The notes under the pieces were generated by a model that searched no databases, was not told where the DNA came from, and was given only the letters and a program-made list of their open reading frames with translations. A stretch of DNA of 64,000 nt. Origin: an uncultured bacterium (lineage in GTDB: Bacteria > Patescibacteriota > Minisyncoccia > Phycocordibacterales > CAIRYW01). The first letter of the stretch is position 1; every line of letters starts with the position of its first letter. The stretch covers positions 22,014 to 86,013 of the forward strand of contig CAVYBO010000002.1 of the NCBI GenBank assembly GCA_963766885.1. Direction: 5' to 3'. This document shows positions 1 through 9,641 of the stretch, piece by piece. The translations under genes were made by a program, and so were the position numbers.

Positions 1-518
1 AAAACGTTTTCTGTGACAGTATCTCCCATTTCGTAGAGCACAATTTCACTAGGTTTTAGTTTTTTATTTGTCACTTCATAGGTATTTGATTTTGTTTCAA
101 TATGAACGCCAAAATTTTCTAGCGCATAAAAATGCGGAGTGACAGTGCGTTCGCCAAGTTTGCATCCGCCGGCGTAGGGAAGCGAGAATTTTTTGAATTG
201 GTGGACTAGCGGACCAATCATCATAATGACGCTTCGCGTGCGAGCCGCAGATTCTTTGTTTATTTTTTTGATATCAATTTTTGCGGGTTTTATAACTAAA
301 TCTTCGTTTTTCCAAACGACTGACATACCAATACTTTCAAGAGTTTCAATAATTCGAAAGACCTCTTCTATTTTCGGCATTTTTTTGAGAGTAGTGGTGC
401 CTTCGTTTAAAAGAGATGCGCACAAAAGAGAAACAGCTGCATTTTTGGACTTTTTTATTTCCACGGTGCCACTTAGTTTTCGTCCGCCTTCTATTTTGAA
501 ATTGAGAGTTTCCTTCAT
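1..518 (-). CDS. murA: UDP-N-acetylglucosamine 1-carboxyvinyltransferase MurA, N-terminal part (gene runs off window start)
   Basis: Manual minus-strand translation from ATG at 518: MKETLNFKIEGGRKLSGTVEIKKSKNAAVSLLCASLLNEG..., a typical MurA N-terminus; not in the ORF track because it is edge-truncated. Confidence 0.75.
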   Translation of the reverse strand, partial: MKETLNFKIEGGRKLSGTVEIKKSKNAAVSLLCASLLNEGTTTLKKMPKIEEVFRIIETLESIGMSVVWKNEDLVIKPAKIDIKKINKESAARTRSVIMMIGPLVHQFKKFSLPYAGGCKLGERTVTPHFYALENFGVHIETKSNTYEVTNKKLKPSEIVLYEMGDTVTENV

Positions 519-627
519 AGTTTTTGCATTTAATTTTGTTTGAAAAGTCTAGCACAAACAAAGGTGCTTGTGCATATTGGCCTTGAAGAGTAAAATTCAA
601 ACACTTAAACATAAAATTAACTGAGAA

Positions 628-1641
628 ATGCCATTTTTTACTAAAAAACTAGGGATTGATTTGGGCACGGCAAACACGCTTGTTTTTTTGCCGGGCAAGG
701 GAATCGTCCTAAACGAGCCTTCTGTTGTGGCTGTTTCTGATGATGAGAAAAAAATTCTTGCGGTCGGTATTGAGGCCAAAGAAATGATTGGTAAAACTCC
801 AGACAATATAATCGCTTACCGTCCGTTAAAGGATGGAGTAATCGCAGATTATCGTGTGACAGAAGCAATGCTCAGATACTATATAGGTAAAGCTTTGGGT
901 AAATGGAATATTTGGCGACCGGAAGTAATGATTTCTGTGCCAGCCGGAGTGACTTCCACAGAAAGGCGCGCTGTCATTGAAGCTGCTATCAAAAGCGGTG
1001 CCAAAAATGCTTTTGTGGTCAAAGAGCCGATTCTTGCGGCAATCGGCGCAGGAATTTCTATTTATGAACCGCGCGGACATATGATTGTGGATATCGGCGG
1101 AGGCACCACAGACGTAGCTGTGATTTCTTTGGGAGGAATTGTTTCTTCAACATCGGTTAAATGCGCAGGCAACAAATTAGATGGAGCAATTGTTGACTAC
1201 ATGAAAAAAAATTACAATCTTTTGATTGGAGAAAAAACTGCAGAAGACATCAAAATCACAATCGGATCAGCAGTGCCAGTTGAAGAAGAAATTTCAATGC
1301 AGGTGAAAGGCAGGGATTGCATCACAGGTCTTCCAAGATCAATTGAAGTCAAAACAAACGAAGTTGTGCGGGCAATCGGCAAGGAACTCCGCGATATGAT
1401 TCAAGCCATCAAGGATGTGCTTCAAGAAACTCCTCCGGAACTTGCTTCCGACATTATTGACAAGGGAATTACTTTGACAGGCGGTTCATCGCAACTGCGA
1501 AATCTTGCGGAATTAGTTTTTAGGAGAACGGGCGTCAAAGCCACAGTTGCAGAAAATCCTTTGTACTGCGTGGCTTTGGGTACGGGAATTGCGCTTGAGC
1601 ATTTGGATACATATAAAAAGACAATCATTGCAAAAAAGTAA
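628..1641 (+). CDS. MreB/Mbl-like actin homolog (second MreB paralog, outside the mreBCD operon)
   Basis: 337 aa; N-terminal GIDLGTANTLVF, DIGGGTTDVAVISLGGIV phosphate motifs; about 55% similar to the downstream mreB. Confidence 0.85.
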   Translation: MPFFTKKLGIDLGTANTLVFLPGKGIVLNEPSVVAVSDDEKKILAVGIEAKEMIGKTPDNIIAYRPLKDGVIADYRVTEAMLRYYIGKALGKWNIWRPEVMISVPAGVTSTERRAVIEAAIKSGAKNAFVVKEPILAAIGAGISIYEPRGHMIVDIGGGTTDVAVISLGGIVSSTSVKCAGNKLDGAIVDYMKKNYNLLIGEKTAEDIKITIGSAVPVEEEISMQVKGRDCITGLPRSIEVKTNEVVRAIGKELRDMIQAIKDVLQETPPELASDIIDKGITLTGGSSQLRNLAELVFRRTGVKATVAENPLYCVALGTGIALEHLDTYKKTIIAKK

Positions 1642-2308
1642 ACAAGAAATTAATAGCAAGGATTCTCTTGGTCTGGGACACGCTCTGTTTTTTGCCGGAG
1701 ATTTTAGAAAAGATGCAGATTTTGTAATTAAATATTTTTCTTCGGGGTTAGATTTTGGAATTTCTGGAAATCCTGATATTTTGACTTTTTATAATGAAAA
1801 GCTTTCTGTGGAAGCTGCGCGAGAGATTAGAAGTTATGCCAATATGCTTCCAGTTAAAGAAAAAGAAATTCATATTATTGTCGGTTTTGGCTCTGCAACT
1901 CTGGAAGCTCAAAACGCGCTGCTCAAAGCTGTGGAAGAGCCGGGAATTGCCACAAAGTTTTATGTTATTGCTCCATCAATCAAGTCTTTGATTCCAACTC
2001 TTCAATCCAGACTTATTGAAGTAGAAAACTCAAACGAAAAAGAAGAGATTTTTGAAAAAGAAGTTAAAAGGTTTTTTGCTTCTACAAGCGGAGGAAGAAT
2101 AAAGATTGTGGAAAAAATCGCCGAAGATTTGAAGAACGAAAAAATTTCAAAAAGTGATATTCATATTTTCCTCAAAAAAATCAAAAACGAAGCGCTAAAA
2201 GATTACAAAAAAAACACAGATTTGCTTTCAAGTATTGCGGTGGCTGAAAAGTATCTAGAAAGTTCCAGTTCTGTAAAACAGATTTTGTCGTTGCTCGCTT
2301 TGTGTTAA
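1547..2308 (+). CDS. holB: DNA polymerase III delta-prime subunit-like (HolB); true start probably downstream of mreB stop or non-canonical
   Basis: GHALFFAGD..., ATLEAQNALLKAVEEP, LIPTLQSRL motifs of clamp-loader delta'; the ORF-track start overlaps mreB by 95 nt and no in-frame ATG lies after 1641. Confidence 0.55.
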   Translation: MQKILCTAWLWVRELRLSIWIHIKRQSLQKSKQEINSKDSLGLGHALFFAGDFRKDADFVIKYFSSGLDFGISGNPDILTFYNEKLSVEAAREIRSYANMLPVKEKEIHIIVGFGSATLEAQNALLKAVEEPGIATKFYVIAPSIKSLIPTLQSRLIEVENSNEKEEIFEKEVKRFFASTSGGRIKIVEKIAEDLKNEKISKSDIHIFLKKIKNEALKDYKKNTDLLSSIAVAEKYLESSSSVKQILSLLALC

Positions 2309-2317
2309 AATAACTTT

Positions 2318-2866
2318 ATGCAAGATAATCAAAACCTGAAACAATCCATAAAAGGCATTGAAGAATGGCTGACCAAGGAATTTGGCGGTATTCGCACAGG
2401 CAGGGCAACGCCTTCAATTTTGGATAGTGTCAAAGTAGAAAGCTATGGAAGTATGATGAAAATTCACGAAGTTGCGTCTGTAGCTTCTGAAGATCCTCGA
2501 ACGCTACGAATTGCTCCTTGGGACGCTCAGAATATTAAGTCAATTGAAAAAGCAATAATTTCTTCAAATCTTGGGGTTTCTGTGGCAGTGGATGAAAAAG
2601 GTCTCAGGGTTTCATTTCCTCCGATGACTTCAGAATCCAGAACTCAGTTTTCCAAAATCGCAAAGCAGAAACTTGAGGAAGCCAAAATCAAACTTCGCGC
2701 GGAGAGGAACAAAATTATTGACCATATGGAGAAAAGAAAAAAGGAAGGAGAACTTAGCGAAGACACGATGACAAGACAAAAAAACGAAGTAGAGAAAATA
2801 ATCAAAGAAGCAACTGAGAGTTTTGAAAAACATTATCAGAAAAAGGAAGCGGAGATTTTAGGATAA
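2318..2866 (+). CDS. frr: ribosome recycling factor
   Basis: 182 aa; RIAPWDAQNIKSIEKAI..., RNKIIDHMEKRKKEGELSED pattern of RRF. Confidence 0.9.
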   Translation: MQDNQNLKQSIKGIEEWLTKEFGGIRTGRATPSILDSVKVESYGSMMKIHEVASVASEDPRTLRIAPWDAQNIKSIEKAIISSNLGVSVAVDEKGLRVSFPPMTSESRTQFSKIAKQKLEEAKIKLRAERNKIIDHMEKRKKEGELSEDTMTRQKNEVEKIIKEATESFEKHYQKKEAEILG

Positions 2867-2873
2867 AAATATA

Positions 2874-3962
2874 ATGGAAGTCATTATATTTCTTATAATA
2901 ATCACGGCGCTTGTTTTTGCCCACGAGTTGGGGCATTTTTTGATTGCAAAACTTTTCAAAATGAGAGTGGATGAATTTGCTATTGGATTTCCTCCAAGAC
3001 TTTTGTCTTTTAAAGCTGGCGGCACAGTTTATTCAATCAATTTGTTGCCGCTTGGAGGGTTTGTCAAAATTTTTGGCGAGAATCACGAAGATGTGGAAGA
3101 AAATACAGGTGATGGATTTTCTTCAAAGCCAAGATATGCGCAAGTGCTGGTTTTAATTGCCGGAATTGTTTTTAATATTTTGTTTGCTTGGGTTTTGTTT
3201 TCTACGGCATTGATTGTCGGTGCTCCGGCGCAGGCAGATTTAGGAAGCAAAGGCGCAGAGCTTATGATTTCTGATGTTTTGTCTGGGTCTCCGGCAGAAA
3301 TTGCAGGTATAAAATCAGGCGATGTTGTTAAATCCATAAATGTTTCAGGCTCTTCAAAAATTGTTTCCAATCCATCAACAGACGATATAAAAAATGTTTT
3401 ATCTGGCTCCAATGGTAAAGAAATTGATTTGGATATAGTCAGAAACGGCAAAGATTTGAATTTAAAAATTGAGCCGACCAAAACTCTTTCTGCGGAAAAA
3501 GGTAATTTTGCAATAGGGATTGAGATGATAGAAGTTTCTGTTAAAAAATTAGGATTTTTTCCTTCTATTGTTCAGGGAGGGCAGGCAACTATTAATACTG
3601 TAGAGACGACAACGGTGAGCATTTGGGGATTTTTGGCAGAGGCAATTCATGCCAAAGCAGATTTGAGCCAAGTTTCCGGACCTGTTGGAATTGTTTCAAT
3701 TGTTGGCAGTGCTGCTCAGTTTGGATTTGGTTATCTTTTATCTTTTTCCGCCGTCATTTCCATAAACCTTGCTGTAATAAACTTGATCCCGTTTCCGGCG
3801 CTTGATGGAGGGAGAATTTTTATTGTCATCATCGAAGCCATCCGAAGAAAATCAATCAACGCAAATATCACAAACATCATAAATATGGTTGGATTTTTCA
3901 TATTAATTGCATTTATGATTGTCATAACCTACTCCGATTTGAGCCGTATTTTCGGGTGGTAA
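2874..3962 (+). CDS. rseP: RseP-like site-2 protease (M50 zinc metalloprotease with PDZ domain)
   Basis: HELGHF HExxH motif in TM1, PDZ-like middle region, NLIPFPALDGG LDG motif, multi-TM. Confidence 0.8.
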   Translation: MEVIIFLIIITALVFAHELGHFLIAKLFKMRVDEFAIGFPPRLLSFKAGGTVYSINLLPLGGFVKIFGENHEDVEENTGDGFSSKPRYAQVLVLIAGIVFNILFAWVLFSTALIVGAPAQADLGSKGAELMISDVLSGSPAEIAGIKSGDVVKSINVSGSSKIVSNPSTDDIKNVLSGSNGKEIDLDIVRNGKDLNLKIEPTKTLSAEKGNFAIGIEMIEVSVKKLGFFPSIVQGGQATINTVETTTVSIWGFLAEAIHAKADLSQVSGPVGIVSIVGSAAQFGFGYLLSFSAVISINLAVINLIPFPALDGGRIFIVIIEAIRRKSINANITNIINMVGFFILIAFMIVITYSDLSRIFGW

Positions 3963-4035
3963 AAATCACACCTACACTGTAATTTGTGTCAATTTTGACC
4001 GGAGTTTTCTTTTAAAGTAGAATGTCCTGACAAAA

Positions 4036-5266
4036 ATGAGACAATCTAAGCTATTTTCAAAAACACGATTTGAAGCTCCAAAAGACGAGCAATCAAAAAA
4101 CGCCGAGCTTTTGATTCGCTCCGGTTTTATTCACAAAGATATGGCAGGTGTTTATTCTTTCTTGCCTTTAGGACTGAAAGGTTTTAGAAAACATTCGCAA
4201 AATTATCCGCGAGGAAATGAACGCAATCGGAGCGCTAGAGGTTTCCTTGTCTTCGCTTCAGAGCAAAGAACTTTGGGAAAAGACAAACAGATGGAGTGAT
4301 GACGTGGTGGATAATTGGTTTAAGACAACACTCAAAAACGGCACAGAGCTTGGACTTGCTTTTACTCACGAAGAAGCGCTGACAAATATAATGACGGAAT
4401 ATATAAAAAGTTACCGCGATTTGCCGGTTTATGCATATCAATTTCAGACAAAATTCAGAAATGAACTTCGCGCCAAAAGCGGAATTTTGCGAGCCAGGGA
4501 ATTTTTGATGAAGGATCTTTACTCTTTTGATACAGATAAAGAAAAACATGAAATATTTTATGAAAAAGCCAAAGAAGCATACAAAAGAATTTTTGAGCGG
4601 GTAGGCATCGGAGATTCAACTTATCTGACATTTGCTTCAGGAGGCACTTTTGCCAAATTTTCCCATGAATTCCAGACCCTAACTTCTGCGGGAGAAGACA
4701 TTATTTATGTCGATAAGAAGAAGAAAATCGCTATAAATCAGGAGGTTTTGGATGATGAAGTGCTTGATGAGCTTGGACTTGACAGGGTAGAGCTGGTGGA
4801 AGAAAAAGCGGTTGAAGTTGGCAATATTTTTTCTTTGGCGTATAAATACTCTGAGGCGCTTGATCTTAAGTATCTGGATCAAAAAGGCGAAGCTAGACCT
4901 GTATTTATGGGTAGTTATGGAATCGGCCTAGGCAGATTGATGGGCGCTGTGGCAGAGATTTTTGGCAAAGAAGAAAGCATGGTTTGGCCGGAGGAGTTAT
5001 CGCCATTCAAACTGCATTTGATTTGTCTTTCAATGGGTGATGAAGAAGTTTCAAAAGTAAGCGAAAAAATATATAAAGAGTTGATTGAAGCGGGAATGGA
5101 AGTGCTTTTTGACGATAGAGATTTGAGGGCAGGAGAAAAATTGGCAGATGCTGATTTGATAGGAATTCCGATAAGAATTATTTCAAGCAAAAAAACAATG
5201 GAGAAAAACACTTTTGAAATCAAAGATGCCAAAACAGAAGAGATTAATTATTTGGACTGCAAATGA
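4036..5266 (+). CDS. proS: prolyl-tRNA synthetase (archaeal/eukaryal-type class II) with an apparent +1 frameshift near 4177-4180
   Basis: N-term MRQSKLF...SFLPLGLK in frame 1 continues as KVLENIRKIIREEMNAIGALEV... in frame 2 (ORFs 4036..4299 and 4217..5266); one extra A in the run GAAAG restores a contiguous ProRS. Confidence 0.75.
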
Positions 5267-5292
5267 AATCATAAAAAAATACAGCAACAAAT

Positions 5293-6354
5293 ATGGCAAA
5301 ACTTAAAGACAGAATTTTTGGAAGATTTTCAAACGATATCGGTATAGATTTGGGTACAGCAAACACTCTGGTCTGGATGAAAGGCGAAGGAATTGTTGTT
5401 AACGAACCATCTGTGGTTGCTTTGAATCAAAAAACTGGCCAGGTTGTGGCAGTCGGGCAAGCGGCAAAGGATATGATAGGCAGGACTCCAGGGCACATTG
5501 TGGCTGTAAGGCCTGTTGTTGAAGGGGTGATTTCTGATTTTGAAGTATGTGAAGAAATGCTTAATTATTTGATAAATAAAGCCAGTGAGAAAAAGCCAAA
5601 GTGGCTTGGTCCAAGAGTGGTCATTGGAGTGCCATCCGGAATAACCAATGTTGAAAGAAGGGCCGTCAAAGATGCTGCCAAAAACGCTGGCGCAAGAGAA
5701 GTGTATATTATTGAAGAGCCGATGGCTGGAGCAATCGGCATCGGACTTCCTATAAAAGATCCACTCGGAAGCATGGTTATAGATATCGGCGGCGGCACCA
5801 CGGATGTGGCGGTTATTTCTTTGGGTGGACTTGTCCATTCGCGTAACATAAAAATTGCGGGCGATAAATTAAACAACGATATAATTTCTTATTTAAGAAA
5901 TGAGTTTAAAATTCTTATTGGAGAAAAAACAGCGGAGGATATAAAAATAAACGTTGGCAATGCTTCTAATATAGATTCTCCGATGGAAATTATGGTTCGT
6001 GGACGTGACCTTATTACAGGACTTCCTCGCGAGGTTGTGGTTACTGACAACGATGTCAAAGAAGCTATAGGTCTTTCTATAGACACCCTGATTGAATCAA
6101 TCAAAGAAGTGATCGAAATTACACCTCCAGAAGTGGTTTCCGATCTTATGTATAAAGGCATTTATGTGATCGGTGGCGGGGCGCTGCTACGCGGACTGAA
6201 AGAACTTCTTGAAGAAAGTCTTAAAATGCCGATACATGTTGCCGATGATCCGCTTACTGCTGTCGTCAGAGGCACGGGCGCAGTGCTTTCTGATATCGAT
6301 AGTTTTAAGGATGCTTTGATACAAAAGGAGGATGAAATGCCTTTCATTCAATAA
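5293..6354 (+). CDS. mreB: rod shape-determining protein MreB
   Basis: 353 aa; GIDLGTANTLVW, DIGGGTTDVAVISLGG; followed by mreC, mreD and PBP2. Confidence 0.9.
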   Translation: MAKLKDRIFGRFSNDIGIDLGTANTLVWMKGEGIVVNEPSVVALNQKTGQVVAVGQAAKDMIGRTPGHIVAVRPVVEGVISDFEVCEEMLNYLINKASEKKPKWLGPRVVIGVPSGITNVERRAVKDAAKNAGAREVYIIEEPMAGAIGIGLPIKDPLGSMVIDIGGGTTDVAVISLGGLVHSRNIKIAGDKLNNDIISYLRNEFKILIGEKTAEDIKINVGNASNIDSPMEIMVRGRDLITGLPREVVVTDNDVKEAIGLSIDTLIESIKEVIEITPPEVVSDLMYKGIYVIGGGALLRGLKELLEESLKMPIHVADDPLTAVVRGTGAVLSDIDSFKDALIQKEDEMPFIQ

Positions 6355-6357
6355 AAA

Positions 6358-7101
6358 ATGATGAAAAGAAATAACGAGAGCGGTTTGCTCAAATTTGCTG
6401 TTAAGATTTTTGTTTTGGGAATTATTGTGATAGCGCTGCTTTTTCCTTTTAGTGAATTGTTAAAAAAATGGTCGCTTGAAGGAAAGAATTTTACAAATAA
6501 TTTTCCGGGAATGTCTTTTTTTTACAGCAAAGCCTTTCTTTATAAGCAAAATCAGAATTTAGAGAATCAGGTGGCCGTTCTTCAAACACAGGTTTCCGAC
6601 AGGAAACTTTTAGAAGACAAACTCCAGGATTTTTCAAGTTTTGAAAAAGTTTCTGCTGGTTCATTGGCGGCTGAGGTTCTTACTACGCCAGGCAGTTCAA
6701 TTTATGATGTTCTTACGATTTCTGCAGGAAGCGATCAGTCTGTCAAACAGGGAGATATTATTTATTCTGGCAATACCAAAATCGGCTTTATATCAAAAGT
6801 ATTCAGCAATATTTCCGAAGCTACGCTTTTTTCTTCTCCAGGAGAAAAAATCAGTGCAACAATTTATCCTGAAGGCATAACTTTGGATATTGACGGTATT
6901 GGCGGAGGTCTTTTTGAGGCGCTTTTACCCAAGGGTCAGAATATAGATGTTGGAGATTTGGCAGTCGATTTGAAAAATAAACAAGTTATGGGCATAATAG
7001 AAAGCGTTTCTGCCGGAGGAAATAACTCGTTTAACAAACTTATAATAAGGACTCCCGTGAATCCTTTTGAATTAAAATGGGTATCAGTAGCGATAAAATA
7101 A
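6358..7101 (+). CDS. mreC: rod shape-determining protein MreC
   Basis: N-terminal TM, coiled-coil (LENQVAVLQTQVSDRKLLED) then beta-rich domain; position between mreB and mreD. Confidence 0.7.
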   Translation: MMKRNNESGLLKFAVKIFVLGIIVIALLFPFSELLKKWSLEGKNFTNNFPGMSFFYSKAFLYKQNQNLENQVAVLQTQVSDRKLLEDKLQDFSSFEKVSAGSLAAEVLTTPGSSIYDVLTISAGSDQSVKQGDIIYSGNTKIGFISKVFSNISEATLFSSPGEKISATIYPEGITLDIDGIGGGLFEALLPKGQNIDVGDLAVDLKNKQVMGIIESVSAGGNNSFNKLIIRTPVNPFELKWVSVAIK

Positions 7102-7349
7102 TTTGGAGCTTAAGCGCTTTTGTTGCGGCTATGCTGTCAGTATTTTTTTTGCCGTGGTATATTTCTATTTTTTTTCTTATAATTCTCATCTTATCAGGAT
7201 ATAACGCTATTTCAATAATAACAGCCGTTCTCTTGGATAATTTATACGGACAGGGATCAGTATTGCAAGAGCATTTGTTCTTCTTGGCGACGTTTATTTT
7301 CTTGCTTATTGTTTTTGTAGTAAAAAAAAATCTAAGGTGGTTAAATTAA
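7077..7349 (+). CDS. mreD: MreD-like small membrane protein
   Basis: 90 aa, three hydrophobic helices, overlaps the mreC end; position-based call. Confidence 0.45.
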   Translation: MGISSDKIIWSLSAFVAAMLSVFFLPWYISIFFLIILILSGYNAISIITAVLLDNLYGQGSVLQEHLFFLATFIFLLIVFVVKKNLRWLN

Positions 7350-9068
7350 ATGTTTGGCAGAAAAAGAACTAGAAAGAAAAAAAGCAACGGAAATATTGAT
7401 CCTGATGAAATATTCCTAGATTCATCCAATCTTCCTCAGTTTGATAAGCAGCAATTTGAGGGAAGAATTGAAAGGCCGATTGGAAAAAAAACTTTTTTTA
7501 TTTTAGGATTTTTTTTGGCCTTGATTTTTTTTGTTATTTCTATAAGAGCCTTTGATTTAGATGTGCTTAATTTTTCTTTTTACAGCCAAAAGAGCGCCAA
7601 TAATAGGCTCCGAAAGGACACGGTGTTTGCTTATCGCGGAGTTGTCACTGACAGAAACGGAGTTCCCCTGGCATGGAATGATCCGTCTTCAGGCGGACCG
7701 TTTCCTTTGAGAAAATATACAAGTGCCCCGGGATTTTCTCTACTTTTGGGATTTGTAAGATATCCGCGCAAAGATTCATCGGGCTTTTATTATGATAATG
7801 AAATTTCTGGACAAGACGGGATAGAGAAATATTTTGATAGTCAGCTTGCTGGACAAAACGGAGTCAAACTAACGGAAGTTGATTCTGCCGGCAAAACTGT
7901 TTCTCAAAGTGTTTTGAATCAGCCAAAAAATGGCGATAATATAAAGTTGTCTATTGATGCTGGGATTCAAGAACAACTTTTTAATTCCATCAAAAGCGCG
8001 GTTGATAAGGATGGTTTTTTAGGCGGAGCAGCGGTCATAATGGACGCAAAGACTGGGGAAGTTATCGCCATTACTTCATATCCTGAATATAGCTCGCAGG
8101 TTATGACTGATGCAACCGATACACCCCTGATAGATTCATATCTTAAAGAATCAGGAAATCCTTTTTTGAATATGGCGGTTTACGGACTTTTTGCTCCGGG
8201 CTCAACTATCAAGCCATATCTTGCTACCGCAGCTTTGAAAGAGGGTACGATTGATCCTTCCAAAAAGATTTTGAGTACCGGAGAACTTGTGGTTCCAAAT
8301 CCTTACGATCCATCAAAGCCAAATATTTTCAAAGACTGGAAAGTGAACGGCTGGACAAATATGGAGCAGGCTTTGGCTGTCTCTTCTGATGTGTATTTCT
8401 ATGAACTCGGAGGAGGATATAAAGATCAAGTTGGTTTGGGTATTTCAAGGATTGATGAATATTTAAATGATTATTTATTCGGAACACCCACTCAAGGATT
8501 TTTTGCAGGCCCAACAGGCAATATTTCAAGTCCGGAGTGGAAGGAAAAAAATTTTGATGGAGCAAGCTGGCTTTTGGGAGACACTTATCACACGGCGATA
8601 GGCCAATATGGCACAACTGTGACACCTCTTCAGCTTGCAAGGGCGCTGACTGGAATTGTTAATAATGGAACTATTCTTGAGCCTGTAATTTTGAAAGGAC
8701 AAGTTGGACAAAAAACAAATCTTCCGAATATTTCAGCTAGCGATTTTCAGGTGGTCAAAGACGGAATGAGGCTTGCTGTAACAAGCGGTACAGGAATTGC
8801 ATTAAATATACCAGGTGTGGAAGTTGCCGCTAAAACAGGAACAGCCCAGTTGGGATTGAATAACGAGTATGTTCATTCTTGGGTTGAAGGGTTTTTTCCA
8901 TACAACAATCCGAGGTATACTTTCGCCCTTATTCTTGAAAGTGGCCCAGATTCTTATCAGGTCAGCTCTATGAGAGCAATGAGCAATACTATAAGCTGGA
9001 TAGTCAAAAATGAGCCTAATTATTTAGGTAATTCTAGTACCACAACAGCCACTACAACCACTGTTTAA
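7350..9068 (+). CDS. mrdA: penicillin-binding protein 2 (elongasome transpeptidase)
   Basis: 572 aa; N-terminal TM, SxxK (GSTIKP), SxN (SSD), KTG (KTGTAQ) motifs; follows mreBCD. Confidence 0.85.
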   Translation: MFGRKRTRKKKSNGNIDPDEIFLDSSNLPQFDKQQFEGRIERPIGKKTFFILGFFLALIFFVISIRAFDLDVLNFSFYSQKSANNRLRKDTVFAYRGVVTDRNGVPLAWNDPSSGGPFPLRKYTSAPGFSLLLGFVRYPRKDSSGFYYDNEISGQDGIEKYFDSQLAGQNGVKLTEVDSAGKTVSQSVLNQPKNGDNIKLSIDAGIQEQLFNSIKSAVDKDGFLGGAAVIMDAKTGEVIAITSYPEYSSQVMTDATDTPLIDSYLKESGNPFLNMAVYGLFAPGSTIKPYLATAALKEGTIDPSKKILSTGELVVPNPYDPSKPNIFKDWKVNGWTNMEQALAVSSDVYFYELGGGYKDQVGLGISRIDEYLNDYLFGTPTQGFFAGPTGNISSPEWKEKNFDGASWLLGDTYHTAIGQYGTTVTPLQLARALTGIVNNGTILEPVILKGQVGQKTNLPNISASDFQVVKDGMRLAVTSGTGIALNIPGVEVAAKTGTAQLGLNNEYVHSWVEGFFPYNNPRYTFALILESGPDSYQVSSMRAMSNTISWIVKNEPNYLGNSSTTTATTTTV

Positions 9069-9158
9069 AGGAATTGACTTTTGTTATCCCAAATTGTATT
9101 ATTGAGGCGCGCGAAAAAGCGCATTTTTTAAAATCCTTTTTCAATTTAGCGCAAATTT

Positions 9159-9626
9159 ATGGCAGAAAAAAAAGAATATCTCACAAAAGAAAAACAAAAG
9201 GAACTAACAGACGAGCTTGATTACTTGAAAAAAACAAAAAGACGGGAAATCGCTGATAATTTGGAGTACGCAAAATCTATGGGAGATCTTTCCGAAAATG
9301 CGGAATACCAGGAGGCAAGAGAACAGCAAGCAGAAGTTGAAGAAAGAATTGAAAAGCTTGAGCAGATACTTTCTCATGCCGAAATTTTACCGGAACACCG
9401 TGGAAGTCTTGCTGGCGTGGGAGCCACAATTACCATTGAAAAGGTTTCTGATAAATCAGAAAAAACGTATCAAATTGTAGGTTCTGAAGAAGCCGATATT
9501 TCAAAAGGTAAAATTTCAAATGAATCTCCGCTTGGCAAAGCTCTTATCGGCAAGAAAAAAGGTGAAGTTTTTGAATTTTCCACACCAAGCGGCAAAGTCT
9601 CATATAAAGTTGTAGACGTTAAGTAA
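9159..9626 (+). CDS. greA: transcription elongation factor GreA
   Basis: 155 aa; coiled-coil N-term with GDLSENAEY motif, FKBP-like C-term. Confidence 0.9.
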   Translation: MAEKKEYLTKEKQKELTDELDYLKKTKRREIADNLEYAKSMGDLSENAEYQEAREQQAEVEERIEKLEQILSHAEILPEHRGSLAGVGATITIEKVSDKSEKTYQIVGSEEADISKGKISNESPLGKALIGKKKGEVFEFSTPSGKVSYKVVDVK

Positions 9627-9641
9627 TGTTATTATATTGCT

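Noticed and set aside
193-612. ORF-track ORFs 193..543 (+) and 346..612 (-)
   Set aside because: They overlap the better-supported minus-strand murA N-terminal coding region (1..518) and have junk composition; shadow ORFs.
5329-6347. Antisense ORFs within mreB (5329..5838, 5565..5876, 5889..6161, 6162..6347, all -)
   Set aside because: Entirely inside the strongly supported mreB CDS on the opposite strand.
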